Below, one piece after another: positions 14,390 through 27,211 of a stretch of 64,000 bases of DNA (its first letter is position 1; each line of letters begins with the position of its first letter). The position numbers were made by a program, and so were the translations under genes. This DNA comes from Eledone cirrhosa (Eukaryota). Location: assembly GCA_964016885.1 (NCBI GenBank), contig OZ024764.1:23994001-24058000 (forward strand), read 5' to 3'. Under the pieces are notes generated by a model that had not been told where the DNA came from, did no database searches, and was given only the letters and a program-made list of their open reading frames with translations.

Positions 14390-17300
14390 ATGGCTGCCTT
14401 TGATATGCTAGATGGACTGTGGGATTCTGGAGAGTCTGCAGAATCTGGACACTCAATGACAATGTCAAAGAGAAAAATAAATTCACCTCATGTTGCTGGA
14501 CGAGAATGCAAGGACTCCTCTTTATTTCGGCTGCGGGTGGCTAACATAACCCCATCTCCCTCACCCCTCCCTACACCTCCAACCCATCAAACGAAATCCA
14601 AAACTTCAGCGGTGGTACCATGAATGTAGGCACTTTAAAAGGTCACTCTAACGAGGTTGTAGAGAGGCTTGAACGTAAGGAAGTTGATGCTTGTTGCGTC
14701 CAAGAGACCAGGTGGAGGGGTGGGTCTGCTAGATTCATTGTGGGTAAAAAATGATGCTATAAGCTTTTCTGGGTGGGAAATGACAATGGCTGGGTGGAGA
14801 AGGAATCATGTTAGGAGAAAAATGGGGAGATAAGGTAATAGATGTAAATAGAGTGAATAACAGAATAATTAAAATAAGACTAGTCCTAAATAGAATTATC
14901 GTGACAATAATATCCGTTTAAGCACCCCAACCTGGACTGCCTGACGTTATAAAAGACAGGTTCTATGAGATGCTAATGCACACTACCTCCCAACTAACCG
15001 ACAGTGGCTACATAATTATTGCTGGCGACCTAAATGGTCACGTTGGACAACATTGTGATGGCTATAATGGAATCCATGGAGGCTATGGGGTTGGAAATAG
15101 AAATGAGGAAGGCTCCAGAATCCTAGAATTTTGTGACGCAAATAACCTAACTATCTGCAACACAAACTTCAAAAAATGAGACAATCACTTGATCACCTAT
15201 AGATCAGGGGAACACGCCAGTCAGATAGATTATATCCTTACCAGAAGACGTGATAGAGTGTCTGTTGTAAACACTAAATCCCTCCCCCATGAAGAATGCA
15301 CCTCCCAACATAGCCAATGAGACGTACTTGACAACAGAGGCGGACTACCCTAAGGAGAAGAATATGGAAGTTAAAGGACCCCACAGCCAGTAACAAATTT
15401 AAAAGCATATTACTTGATGCTTTTGATAGTAAGGAAGAGCAATTAGAGTCGTACAATATAGAGGAACAGTGGGAATTCCTGAAAGCTAACCTGCTGAAGG
15501 CAACAGATGAAATCTGTGGCTGGAGCTGACCTATAGGCAGGAGGAGAGTAGCATGGTGGTGGAACAGTAAGGTGGAGGAGTCAATCAAGGCCAAAAAGCA
15601 GGCTTGGAAATTATGGGGGAAGGGGGAAGTAGAGAAAACTATTAAGTGGCCAGGAGGGAAGCTAGGAGACAAGTGTACTTTGCAAGAAGGGAAGCAGAGG
15701 AAAGAAAGTTCAAGCATGTTCTACAACGTGAGGACCAAAAACGTGAGGTGTTCAGGATTGCTAGACAATGTGTCAAGGAAAACCGGGATATTGTCGGGGA
15801 GAAGTGTGTCTTTAATGATGATGGTGTACTTGCCATCACTGATGCTGATAAGAAGGTAGCTTGGAAGTGTCACTACGAGAGGCTACTAAATGAGGAGAAC
15901 AAATGGGAGAAAGACAGTCTGCCCCACATCGATCCAATAGAGGGACCAGCAGTGCAAGTTGAAGGTAGTATAATAAGTAAGGCAATCAAAGATATGAAGA
16001 CAAGCAAGGCAGCTGGGCCTTCGGAGATAGGTGCTGAATTGCCGAAAGCATCTGGCACGGTGGGACACACCATGGTCACCCGGATAGTAAACCAAGACAT
16101 ACAGAATGGGGTCATACCAAATGACTGGTGTAGCAGCATCATCAATAACTGCTACAAGGGTAAAGGAGATGCCCTAGATAGGGGAAACTATAGAGGCATT
16201 AAATTAATCGACCAGGTCATGAAGGTCACGGAAAAAGTAATAGCGCAACTAACCAGAGAGCGAATTGATCTAGATGAAATGCAGTTCGGGTTTGTGTCAG
16301 GTAAAAGTACCACAGACGCTCTTTTTCTTGTACGACAACTACAGGAGAAGTACCTAGCTAAAAGTAAACCCTATACTTAGCTTTTGTTGACTTGGAGAAA
16401 GCCTTTGACAGAGTCCCCCGTTCCATTATCTGGTGGGCTCTTAGAAAACTAGGTGTTGACGAATGGCTTGTGAGGGCTATACAAGCCATGTATAAAGAAA
16501 CAGTCAGCAAGGTTAGAATTAACAACGAATATAGTGAAGAGTTTAGCGTAAAAGTTGGTGTCCATCAGGGCTCCTTCCTTAGGCCCCTGCTATTTATTAT
16601 TGCCCTTCAGGCTATAACAGAGGAGTTCAAGACCGGCTGCCCATGGGAACTTCTATACGCAGATGATCTAACGCTCATAGCTGAATCAATGGCCGAACTA
16701 GAGAAGAAATTCCAAACATGGAAGCAAGGCCTAGAATCAAAAGGCCTTAAAGTTAACTTGTCTAAGACTAAAGTTCTAGTTTGTAGGAAGGAAAATAGGG
16801 CACCAGTCCCATCTGGGAAATGGCCATGCTCAGTGTGTAGGAAAGGAGTAGGCAGAAATTCCATTTTATGTCCCAAATGCAAAGTATGGGTGCATAAAAG
16901 ATGTAGTGGGATCACAGGTAAGCTAAGAACATAGATTTTATATGTGGCTGGTGCTCAGGTGCAATAAGTAGCGAGTGCCCACAGGATACCAGCTCCTTCC
17001 ATTACCCAGATGGTTCTATAGAAATAGTGGACACCTTCCGTTACCTGGGTGACAAAATCAGCAGTGGTGGAGGGTGCTCTGAAAGTACAGTAGCTAGAGT
17101 CAGAACTGGATGGAAAAAGTTCAGAGAGCTTATACCACTATTGGCCGCTAAAGGTTTCTCTCTAAAAATGAAAGGCAGGCTGTATGATGCCTGTATACGA
17201 ACAGCAATGTTACATGGCAGTGAGACATGGGCGTTATGTGCAGGGGATCTACGCAGAGAGGAACGAAGCTTGCATGCTCCGTTGGATGTGTAATAGTAAT

Positions 17301-17985
17301 ATACGTGAACGGCAAAACATAAATGAACTAAGTGAGAAATTAGGTATAAGAGGGATCAGATGCTGTTTACTTGAGAGAAGACTACGTTGGTATGGTCACG
17401 TGATGCGCATGAAAGACGACAGCTGTATAAAAAAGTGCAGGGCGATAAAAATTGATGGTAGCCACGGAGTAGGCAGACCCAGAAAAACCTGGGACGATCT
17501 GATAAATTCCGACCTTACACACTTACACCTCTCCAAGACAATGTCACTGGACCGAGATCTTTGGCGCCACGCAGTAATACTGAAGACCTGCCTTGCCTAT
17601 GTACAAAGCGAAACCTACAGTCAGTAGGCACCTCTTAACCAAATATACACCCCATCCCACTCCCACTAACACCATCCTCTCTCTGTAAAGTTATGTTGGT
17701 ACCACAACATCCAGTCCAAAATAAATGAAGTCGTGTAGGTGTCACGACAAAAAAACACACAGTCCACGCTGTAATGTGGCCGTGTAGGTAACACGGTAAA
17801 AACCTTCCAGTCCACACTGTAAACGTGGTTGGTGTTAGGAAGGGCATCCAGCCATAGAAAACCTCCCAGACAGTCCTATGCGAGCGAGACACGGTCTCCT
17901 GACCAATCTTGCCTCAAGTGGGACACTTCCTGTCTAACCCATGCTAGCGTGGAAGATAGACGTTAAACGATGATGATGATGATGA
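14390..17985 (+). mobile_element. Near-full-length decayed RTE-clade LINE (APE endonuclease, RT, PHD-like finger); frameshifts and stops
   Basis: GTMNVGTL..CVQETRW and IAGDLNGHVG (APE); KAFDRVPR, GVHQGS, LLYADDL, FRYLG (RT); ERRLRWYGHV..GRPRKTW; 3' UTR ending (GAT)n. 5' boundary uncertain. Confidence 0.95.
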
Positions 17986-18636
17986 CACATCATAAAAATA
18001 CACACACAAAACGCAAGAAATAGGGAGTTGGTGCTCTGTGACAAGTACTGGGACTACCGTGGCATAACAGGGTCGAGAACCCCCTAAAGGAAGACAGCGA
18101 CCCCTTCAGGTTCGTCCACCTGCGAAATGGCTGGCCAGATGGGTCCTTCGATACAATAATCAGAATCTCAAACCTAGAGTTGATCACCCGCTTGAGTATC
18201 TCCACACTCTCAGAAATACTGACAAACCGCGCTGCTCAGCCCCCGGGGGAAGCAAAATGGAGAATTTTAAACCTCAATTTGTTCCGGTTTTCATCCTTGA
18301 ACCTCCACAGGCAGCTAGACCAGGGTTTGACCCCTTGATTCTGTGTCTAAAGGAGCACATGTGGTTGTGGAAGTGGATTTGAACTCGGTACTTGTGGAAC
18401 CCACAAACACAAATTCCTGTCTTTTGGTGGAGACTGTACAGCTGTAGACCACACCCGAGATTCTGCAGCGGCTGTTGAGGGGGCAGTCACGGGGGGGGAG
18501 GGAGGGGGCATCTGTAGTTCATCAGAGGTCTACCAGGGGGCGCTGTAGGGTGCAGTGTTCGATGTGAAAGAGGGGCTATTGTACTGGAGGTTCCGATCAT
18601 TTACGATGGATGGAACGGCGGCCATACCTCCCCTGG

Positions 18637-18748
18637 TGTGAGTGTGTGTGTCTGTTTATGTGTGTGCGTGTGTGTGCATCTATGTGTGTGTGTGTGTGTA
18701 TCTATGTGTGTGTGTGTGTGTGTGTCTGTTTATGTGTGTGTGTGCGTG

Positions 18749-18781
<33 letters not shown>

Positions 18782-18850
18782 CTGTTTATGTGTGTGTGTG
18801 CGTGTATCTGTGTGTGTGTGCGTGTGTGTGTATCTATGTGTGTGTGTGTG

Positions 18851-18881
<31 letters not shown>

Positions 18882-18980
18882 CTGTTTATGTGTGTGTGTG
18901 CGTGTATCTATGTGTGTGTGCGTGTGTGTGTATCTATGTGTGTGTGTGTGTATCTATGTGTGTGTGTGTGTGTGTGTGTC
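18637..18980. repeat. (GT)n-rich microsatellite
   Basis: Direct reading. Confidence 0.95.
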
Positions 18981-19109
18981 AATGCCAACAACAGCTATAA
19001 ACTGTAAAAACAAACTCAAACAGAGTTCAATAAATTTTAATAACATGTTTTACTCTGAATTGAAATCTTGCTGAGGTCAACTTAGCTGTTCGTCTTTACA
19101 GGATCGATA

Positions 19110-19400
19110 AAATAGGAGTTCCGGCTCGTTGACAACCCTCCCTGTATGGTCAGTATGGAGGTACTCCCGTAGCTTTTGATGGTTGATGGAGGCAATGATC
19201 TCCCCAAGGTTGGACATGGTGGAGAAGAAGAACTTCTCCGTCTGCCGCGGTTGAATAGTCTAAGGTATCTGTGGAGGGTGGAAAGCACTCGTCCAGGGCC
19301 CCAGAAGAACACGCCTGGTATGTTTGTTCTAAAGCTCCCGGAGTAGGGGGCATTACACCACATCACATTTCTACTGTGAAACCCGCAGCGATTCCATTGA
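19110..19400 (-). mobile_element. Penelope-like element ORF remnant (RT thumb/linker before GIY-YIG), frameshifted
   Basis: Across frames RNVMWCNAPYSGSFRTNI..F..LDECFP..LFNR..FSTMSNLGEIIASINHQKL resembles the PLE motif WFNPPYS.NV.TNIG..F..L.DKHFP..IFNRN..SYSCM.N...II..HN (recalled). Confidence 0.7.
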
Positions 19401-19560
19401 TTCCAGGACCCAGGTAAATAAAGGAGCTGACAAAGTCCATCATATATTTATTATACATACATATAAATATCTGCTCTACGGTCCTTAAATATTTGATATA
19501 TATTTATCCTTATCGAGCCCTCTTTGGATTTTAGTCTTCACATTTATTATTATTACTATA

Positions 19561-20282
19561 GGGCGGTGGATTGGCAGTATCGGTAGAGGGTCGGACACCA
19601 TGCTAGGGCGGTGGATTGGCAGTATCGGTAGAGGGTCGGACACCATGCTAGGGCGGTGGATTGGCAGTATCGGTAGAGGGTCGGACACCATGCTAGGGCG
19701 GTGGATTGGCAGTATCGGTAGAGAGTCGGACACCATGCTAGGGCGGTGGATTGGCAGTATTGGTAGAGGGTCAGACACCATGCTAGGGTGGTGGATTGGC
19801 AGTATTGGTAGAGGGTCGGACACCATGCTAGGGCGGTGGATTGGCAGTATCGGTAGAGGGTCGGACAACATGCTAGGGTGGTGGATTGGCAGTATCGGTA
19901 GAGGGTCGGACAACATGCTAGGGTGGTGGATTGGCAGTATTGGTAGAGGGTCGGACAACATGCTAGGGTGGTGGATTGGCAGTATCGGTAGAGGGTCGGA
20001 CACCATGCTAGGGTGGTGGATTGGCAGTATTGGTATAGGGTTGGACACCATGCTAGGGTGGTGGATTGGCAGAATGGTTAGAGGGTCGGACACCATGCTA
20101 GGGCGGTGGATTGGCAGTATTGGTAGAGGGTCAGACATGCTTTCCAGCGTAGTTACGTCCCTTTCCATCTGAGTTCAAATCCCGCCAAGGTTAACTTTGC
20201 CTTTCATCCTTACAGGGTCGATAAAATAAAGTACCAGTAATACACTGGGTATTTGTTGGCCTTGTGCCAAACGTAGAAACAA
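19561..20282 (+). mobile_element. tRNA-related SINE (second family) whose 45-bp head is tandemly repeated 13 times
   Basis: 13 x GGGYGGTGGATTGGCAGTATCGGTAGAGGGTCGGACACCATGCTA, then B box GAGTTCAAATCC and body TTTGCCTTTCATCCTT..GGTCGATAAAATAAAGTACCAG. Confidence 0.85.
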
Positions 20283-20358
20283 TTATTACTATATATATAT
20301 ATATATAATAATACAATAACAGGAGGCTGGACTTGTGTAAATCCCTGAAAGGTTTATT

Positions 20359-20416
20359 ATACTATGATCATTTCAATGACCGGGTTCCGTGTGAATCCGG
20401 TGATATCATCAGGTAT
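20359..20416 (-). ncRNA. Minimal hammerhead ribozyme motif (Penelope-type)
   Basis: Minus strand ATAC-CTGATGA-tATcACCGGaTTCacacgGAAcCCGGTcATt-GAAA-TGATCA-TA-GTAT; palindromic TGATCA stem III. Confidence 0.75.
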
Positions 20417-20683
20417 TCAAAATATAACAAAGGAATATAACAGATAAAATCCATGGGGCTGAAAATCATAGACAAGAGGACGACCGACCATCTAGCAGCT
20501 TCTACCTCAGTTGGTTGCACCACCAACTACACAAACGAAGACGGGTGAGCTGCACTACGTTGAGTACTCTCCATAATATTACATCGAGATTGACCAATTC
20601 TATCCAGTGGTGAACCAACAAAATAAATTAGTATTCTAGACACTTCTAAGTATATTAAGAAACTAGACAGTGTGCTATATATA

Positions 20684-20798
20684 ATTGTTTCTACGTTAGG
20701 CACAAGGCCAGCAATTACCCAGTGCATTACTGGTACTTTATTTTATCAACCCCGTAAGGATGAAAGGTAAAGTCAACCTCGGCGGGATTTGAACTCAG
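20684..20798 (-). mobile_element. SINE (second family), 3' portion
   Basis: Reverse complement of the 20170-20282 body. Confidence 0.8.
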
Positions 20799-21008
20799 TG
20801 CCATATATAATATTAGCGCACATGGCATCTCAGTGCATCTCTAATTTTGTGAAACAGCACAAAGAGTTGTCTGGGTGATTGGTAGTTACTACAGTTCCGG
20901 TTTGTATTTATTTTCTTGATTTATTCTTAAATTGAGTCTGGCAAACCCTATTGTCTATAGTTAGTATTCTTTTCACCTTAGCGAATCTGGTCCCTTACGA
21001 TTTGAACA

Positions 21009-21051
<43 letters not shown>

Positions 21052-21684
21052 GTTTAACGTCCATCTTCCACGCTAGCATGGGTTTGGACGGGAGTTTTCC
21101 CACTTGAGGCAAGATTGGTTGTCTTGATCGCATAGGACTGTCTGGCAGGTTTTCTACGGCTGGATGCCCTTCCCAACACCAACCACATTTACAGTGTGGA
21201 TTGGGAGGTTTTTACCGTGTTACCTACACGGCCACATTACAGCGTGGACTGTGTGTTTTTTTGTTGTGACACCAACACGACCTCATTTATGTAGGACTGG
21301 ATGTTGTGGTACCAACATAACTTTACATCGAAGGGGGGGGGGTAGTGGGACAGGGGTGTATTTTGGTAAGAGGTGCCTACTGACTGTAGGTTTCGCTTTG
21401 TACTTAGGCAAAACGGGTCTTCTGTATTACCGTGTAGCACCAAAGATCTCGGTCCAGTGACATTGTCTTGGAGAGGTGTAAGTGTGTGAGGTCGGAATTT
21501 ATCAAGTCGTCCCAGGTTTTTCTGGGTCTGCCTACTCCGTGGCTACCGTCTATTTTGATCGCCCTGCACTTTTTTATACAGCTGTCGTCTTTCATGCGCA
21601 TCACGTGACCGTACCAACGTAGTGTTCTCTCAAGTAAACAACATCTGATCCCTCTTATACCTAACTTCTCCCTTAGTTCCTTTA
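21009..21684 (-). mobile_element. RTE LINE 3' fragment
   Basis: ELREKLGIRGIRCCLLERTLRWYGHVMRM..GRPRKTW plus 3' UTR and (CAT)n tail; closely matches 17325-17985. Confidence 0.93.
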
Positions 21685-21751
21685 TGAGATATATGTTTAT
21701 ATCTGTGTTAATTTTTCTTTTATATTCAATTATAATATAAAATATAAACAA

Positions 21752-22482
21752 CAATGGCAGCAACTACAAAAGCAAAAACAGTGATGATAATAAAAACAGC
21801 TTCTACAACAACAACTACTACTACAATAGCAACTACTACTACAACAACTACTACTACTATAGCAACTAATACAACAACAACTACTACTACTATAGCAACT
21901 ACTACAACAACTACTACTACTACTACAACTACTACAACAACTACAACTACTACAACAACTACAACAACTACTACTACTACAACTACTACTACAACAACTA
22001 CAACAACTACTACTACTACAACTACTACAACAACAACTACAACAACAACTACTACAATAGCAACTACTACTACTACTACTACTACTACAACTACTACTAC
22101 AACAACTACAACAACTACTACTACTACAACTACTACTACAACAACTACAACAACTACTACTACTACAACTACTACTACAACAACTACAACAACTACTACT
22201 ACTACAACAACAACTACTACTACTACTACTACTACAACTACTACTACAACAACTACAACAACTACTACTACTACAACTACTACTACAACAACTACAACAA
22301 CTACTACTACAACAACTACTACAACAACAACTACTACAACTACAACAACAACTACTACAATAGCAACTACAACAATAACTACTACAACTACAACAACAAC
22401 TACTACAAGAAGGACAGCAACAAGAATAATACAAACTACTGCAACAACAGCAACAACAATTACAGGAACAACAACAACAACA
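21752..22482. repeat. (ACA/ACT)n trinucleotide microsatellite
   Basis: Direct reading; source of the poly-T/V/CS spurious ORFs. Confidence 0.95.
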
Positions 22483-22507
22483 TGAAGAATGAGCAAGGAG
22501 AGCTTAC

Positions 22508-22662
22508 CATAGATCTGAGGTAGTGGTCAAGAGGAGAGTTCATGACGAGAGGGAAGGTACGGTGGTCATTAAACTGTGGATTATTGGTGTTGTGGATTAT
22601 CACAGTGTCGTGGTCAGGGAAGTCAAAGAATTGGTAGACACAGTAGGGGGATGGCTGGACAT
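22508..22662 (-). CDS. RPGRIP1L: RPGRIP1L-like exon; second C2 domain
   Basis: ctctgtccag|ATGTCC...TCTATG|gtaagc; (D)[51 protein letters not shown]; 155 nt. Confidence 0.94.
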
Positions 22663-22695
22663 CTGGACAGAGACAGAGAGATATTAATACATTAA

Positions 22696-25455
22696 CCCTT
22701 TAACATTTACATTATATATACGATTGTAAAGGCTTTACCTCACATAATATCTCACATAACATTTACATTACTCTATATATACTATTGTATTGTCACAGTA
22801 AAGGCTTTACCTCACATAATACCTCACATAACATTTACATTACTCTATATATACTATTGTATTGTCACAGTAAAGACTTTATCTCACATAATACCTCACA
22901 TAACATTTACATTACTCTATATATACTATTGTATTGTCACAGTAAAGGCTTTACCTCACATAATATCTCACATAACATTTACATTACTCTATATATACTA
23001 TTGTATTGTCACAGTAAAGACTTTATCTCACATAATACCTCACATAACATTTACATTACTCTATATTTACTATTGTATTGTCACAGTAAAGGCTTTACCT
23101 CACATAATATCTCACATAACATTTACATTACTCTATATATACTATTGTATTGTCACAGTAAAGACTTTATCTCACATAATACCTCACATAACATTTACAT
23201 TACTCTATATATACTATTGTATTGTCACAGTAAAGGCTTTACCTCACATAATATCTCACATAACATTTACATTACTCTATATATACTATTGTATTGTCAC
23301 AGTAAAGACTTTATCTCACATAATACCTCACATAACATTTACATTACTCTATATTTACTATTGTATTGTCACAGTAAAGGCTTTACCTCACATAATATCC
23401 CACATAACATTTACATTACTCTATATATACTATTGTATTGTCACAGTAAAGACTTTATCTCACATAATATCTCACATAACATTTACATTACTCTATATAT
23501 ACTATTGTATTGTCACAGTAAAGACTTTATCTCACATAATACCTCACATAACATTTACATTACTCTATATATACTATTGTATTGTCACAGTAAAGACTTT
23601 ATCTCACATAATACCTCACATAACATTTACATTACTCTATATATACTATTGTATTGTCACAGTAAAGACTTTATCTCACATAATACCTCACATAACATTT
23701 ACATTACTCTATATATACTATTGTATTGTCACAGTAAAGACTTTACCTCACATAATATCTCACATAACATTTACATTACTCTATATATACTATTGTATTG
23801 TCACAGTAAAGACTTTATCTCACATAATACCTCACATAACATTTACATTACTCTATATATACTATTGTATTGTCACAGTAAAGGCTTTACCTCACATAAT
23901 ATCTCACATAACATTTACATTACTCTATATATACTATTGTATTGTCACAGTAAAGACTTTACCTCACATAATATTTACATTACTCTATATATACTATTGT
24001 ATTGTCACAGTAAAGGCTTTACCTCACATAATATCTCACATAACATTTACATTACTCTATATATACTATTGTATTGTCACAGTAAAGGCTTTACCTCACA
24101 TAATATCTGACATAACATTTACATTACTCTATATATACTATTGTATTGTCACAGTAAAGGCTTTACCTCACATAATATCTCACATAATATTTACATTACT
24201 CTATATATACTATTGTATTGTCACAGTAAAGGCTTTACCTCACATAATATCTCACATAACATTTACATTACTCTATATATACTATTGTATTGTCACAGTA
24301 AAGACTTTACCTCACATAATACCTCACATAACATTTACATTACTCTATATATACTATTGTATTGTCACAGTAAAGGCTTTACCTCACATAATATCTCACA
24401 TAACATTTACATTACTCTATATATACTATTGTATTGTCACAGTAAAGACTTTACCTCACATAATATTTACATTACTCTATATATACTATTGTATTGTCAC
24501 AGTAAAGGCTTTACCTCACATAATATCTCACATAACATTTACATTACTCTATATATACTATTGTATTGTCACAGTAAAGGCTTTACTTCACATAATATCT
24601 CACATAACATTTACATTACTCTATATATACTATTGTATTGTCACAGTAAAGGCTTTACCTCACATAATATCTGACATAACATTTACATTACTCTATATAT
24701 ACTATTGTATTGTCACAGTAAAGGCTTTACCTCACATAATATCTCACATAATATTTACATTACTCTATATATACTATTGTATTGTCATAGTAAAGGCTTT
24801 ACCTCACATAATATCTCATATAACATCTACATTACTCTATATATACTATTGTATTTTCACAGTAAAGGCTTTACCTCACATAATATCTCATATAACATCT
24901 ACATTACTCTATATTTACTATTGTATTGTCACAGTAAAGGCTTTACCTCATATAATATCTCACATAACATTTACATTACTCTATATATACTATTGTATTG
25001 TCACAGTAAAGGCTTTACCTCACATAATATCTCGCATAACATTTACATTACTCTATATATACTATTGTATTGTCACAGTAAAGGCTTTACCTCACATAAT
25101 ATCTCACATAACATTTACATTACTCTATATATACTATTGTATTGTCACAGTAAAGGCTTTACCTCACATAATATCTCACATAACATTTACATTACTCTAT
25201 ATATACTATTGTATTGTCACAGTAAAGGCTTTACCTCACATAATATCTCACATAACATTTACATTACTCTATATATACTATTGTATTGTCACAGTAAAGG
25301 CTTTACCTCACATAACATTGAATCTATGAGATTTTGACATTACTCATTTTGAGAACAATACCTTAACATCAGTATATGTGGCTAATTATGGCTGGTTTGA
25401 ACAGAAAGAGGTGAGAAAATTCTGGCCAGATATGAGCAGTATAAATGCTAAAGGG
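22696..25455. mobile_element. piggyBac-type (TTAA) MITE containing a 72-bp minisatellite of ~36 copies (22728-25318)
   Basis: TTAA|CCCTTTAACATTTA ... TAAATGCTAAAGGG|TTAA (13/14 TIR match, TTAA on both sides); unit AAGGCTTTACCTCACATAATATCTCACATAACATTTACATTACTCTATATATACTATTGTATTGTCACAGTA. Confidence 0.8.
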
Positions 25456-25578
25456 TTAAGACCCTCTTACTGCTATATCAAGCGTTAAACTAATATATTC
25501 CTTCCATATACTGTACCAATTGTATTGTTATTTCTGTTTACCCTTTACATTTATTTATCTATCCATACATACATGTAA

Positions 25579-26445
25579 TCATCATCATCACCTTTTAATG
25601 TCCATTTTTCCATGCTGGCATGGGTTAGACGAATTGTCCCGTTGTGTGAGACACACACATGCCTTGCTCATACAGAACTGATTCTGGCTTGATTTCTACA
25701 GCTGGATGTCCTTCCTAACACCAACCTCATTTACAGTGAGTGCTGGGTGCTTTTTTGCCGTGGGAGGGTATGGGGGCATATTGTCTAAATGCTTCAGCTT
25801 CGGCTTGTACCCGTGGGGGGTCGGGTCTTCTGTATTACTGTGTGACGCCAGAGGTCACGGTCATGTGTCATCGCCTTTGAGAGGTGTAATTGGGTAAGGT
25901 CGGCTTTTATCACCTCATCCCAGCTCTTCTTGGGTCTACCCACTCCACGGCTTCCATCGACTTCTAGTGCTTTGCACCTTTTTATGCAGCTGTCATCCTT
26001 CATACGCATCACATGTCCATACCAACGCAACCGCCTCTCCTGCACACAGCATTTGATTCCTCTTATGCTCAGTCTCTCTCTCAATTCATTTATGCTTTAC
26101 CATTCGTGTATTACACATCCATCGGAGCATGCAGGCTTTGTTTCTTTCTAATCTACTCAAGTCTTCCACCTTCAGTGCCCAGGTCTCACTACCATGTAAC
26201 ATTGCTGTTCAGATACACGAATCATACAGTCTACCTTTCATTTTGAGAGAAAAGCCTCTTGCAGCTAGCAGTGGCAGTAGCTCCCTGAACTTCTTCCATC
26301 CCGTTCTTACCCTGGTTACTGTACTTTCAGAACACCCACCTCCGCTGCTAATTCAGTCACCTAGGTAGCAGAAGCTGTCTACTGTGTCTACAGAGCCCTC
26401 CCAGAGTTTGGTGGTACTTGTTTCCTGTGGCTGTTTGCTGCTTAC
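25579..26445 (-). mobile_element. RTE LINE 3' fragment
   Basis: Same subfamily as 11319-12520 (ERRLRWYGHVMRMKDD..GRPKKSW). Confidence 0.92.
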
Positions 26446-26519
26446 AGTGGCAATGTTAATAAATCTTTACTAAATATAGTACACAGATTATTGTGAAAAA
26501 TTTAAAGTAAAATGACCTG

Positions 26520-26576
<57 letters not shown>

Positions 26577-26632
26577 ATATATATTATATCAATGATATTA
26601 ATAAATGGAAACTATATTTATAAAACTATATT

Positions 26633-26693
26633 TATTCTATTATATATATTTCAAGGGTACCAAAACTTTGGTACGCCCTCATCAGATAAAATA
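26633..26693 (-). ncRNA. Minimal hammerhead ribozyme (Penelope-type)
   Basis: Mirror image of 26824-26884. Confidence 0.82.
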
Positions 26694-26823
26694 CAAAGTT
26701 TGTTTTATAAATATTGACATATCCAGGAAGGAGATCTTAACGGTTAAAGGTTTTCCTGGATAAAACTTGAACCCCGTTAAGATCTCCTTCCTGGATATGT
26801 CAATATTTATAAAACAAACTTTG

Positions 26824-26884
26824 TATTTTATCTGATGAGGGCGTACCAAAGTTTTGGTACCCTTGAAATATATATAATAGAATA
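26824..26884 (+). ncRNA. Minimal hammerhead ribozyme (Penelope-type)
   Basis: TATTTTAT-CTGATGA-GGGcGTACCAAagttTTGGTACcCTT-GAAA-TATATA-TA-ATAGAATA. Confidence 0.82.
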
Positions 26885-27021
26885 AATATGGTTTTATAAA
26901 TATAGTTTCCATTTATTAATATCATTGAATATTATACTCCAGAAAAACTGTTGAGTGCTCTGAATCAGTTATAAACATTTATATTTGTTGAATTACCAAC
27001 AAATTAAATATGCCTTCTGCT

Positions 27022-27149
<128 letters not shown>

Positions 27150-27211
27150 TAAATGGTCGTTTTGGAAATAAATATATATATATATGTATGCCTTCCCTTG
27201 CATACAAACTT

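Larger units (their letters stand above)
26590..26927. mobile_element. Near-perfect ~340-bp palindrome (~150-bp arms), probably an inverted Penelope pLTR pair
   Basis: 26590-26742 is the reverse complement of 26774-26927 with one visible mismatch; ~30-bp spacer, itself partly self-complementary. Confidence 0.88.
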
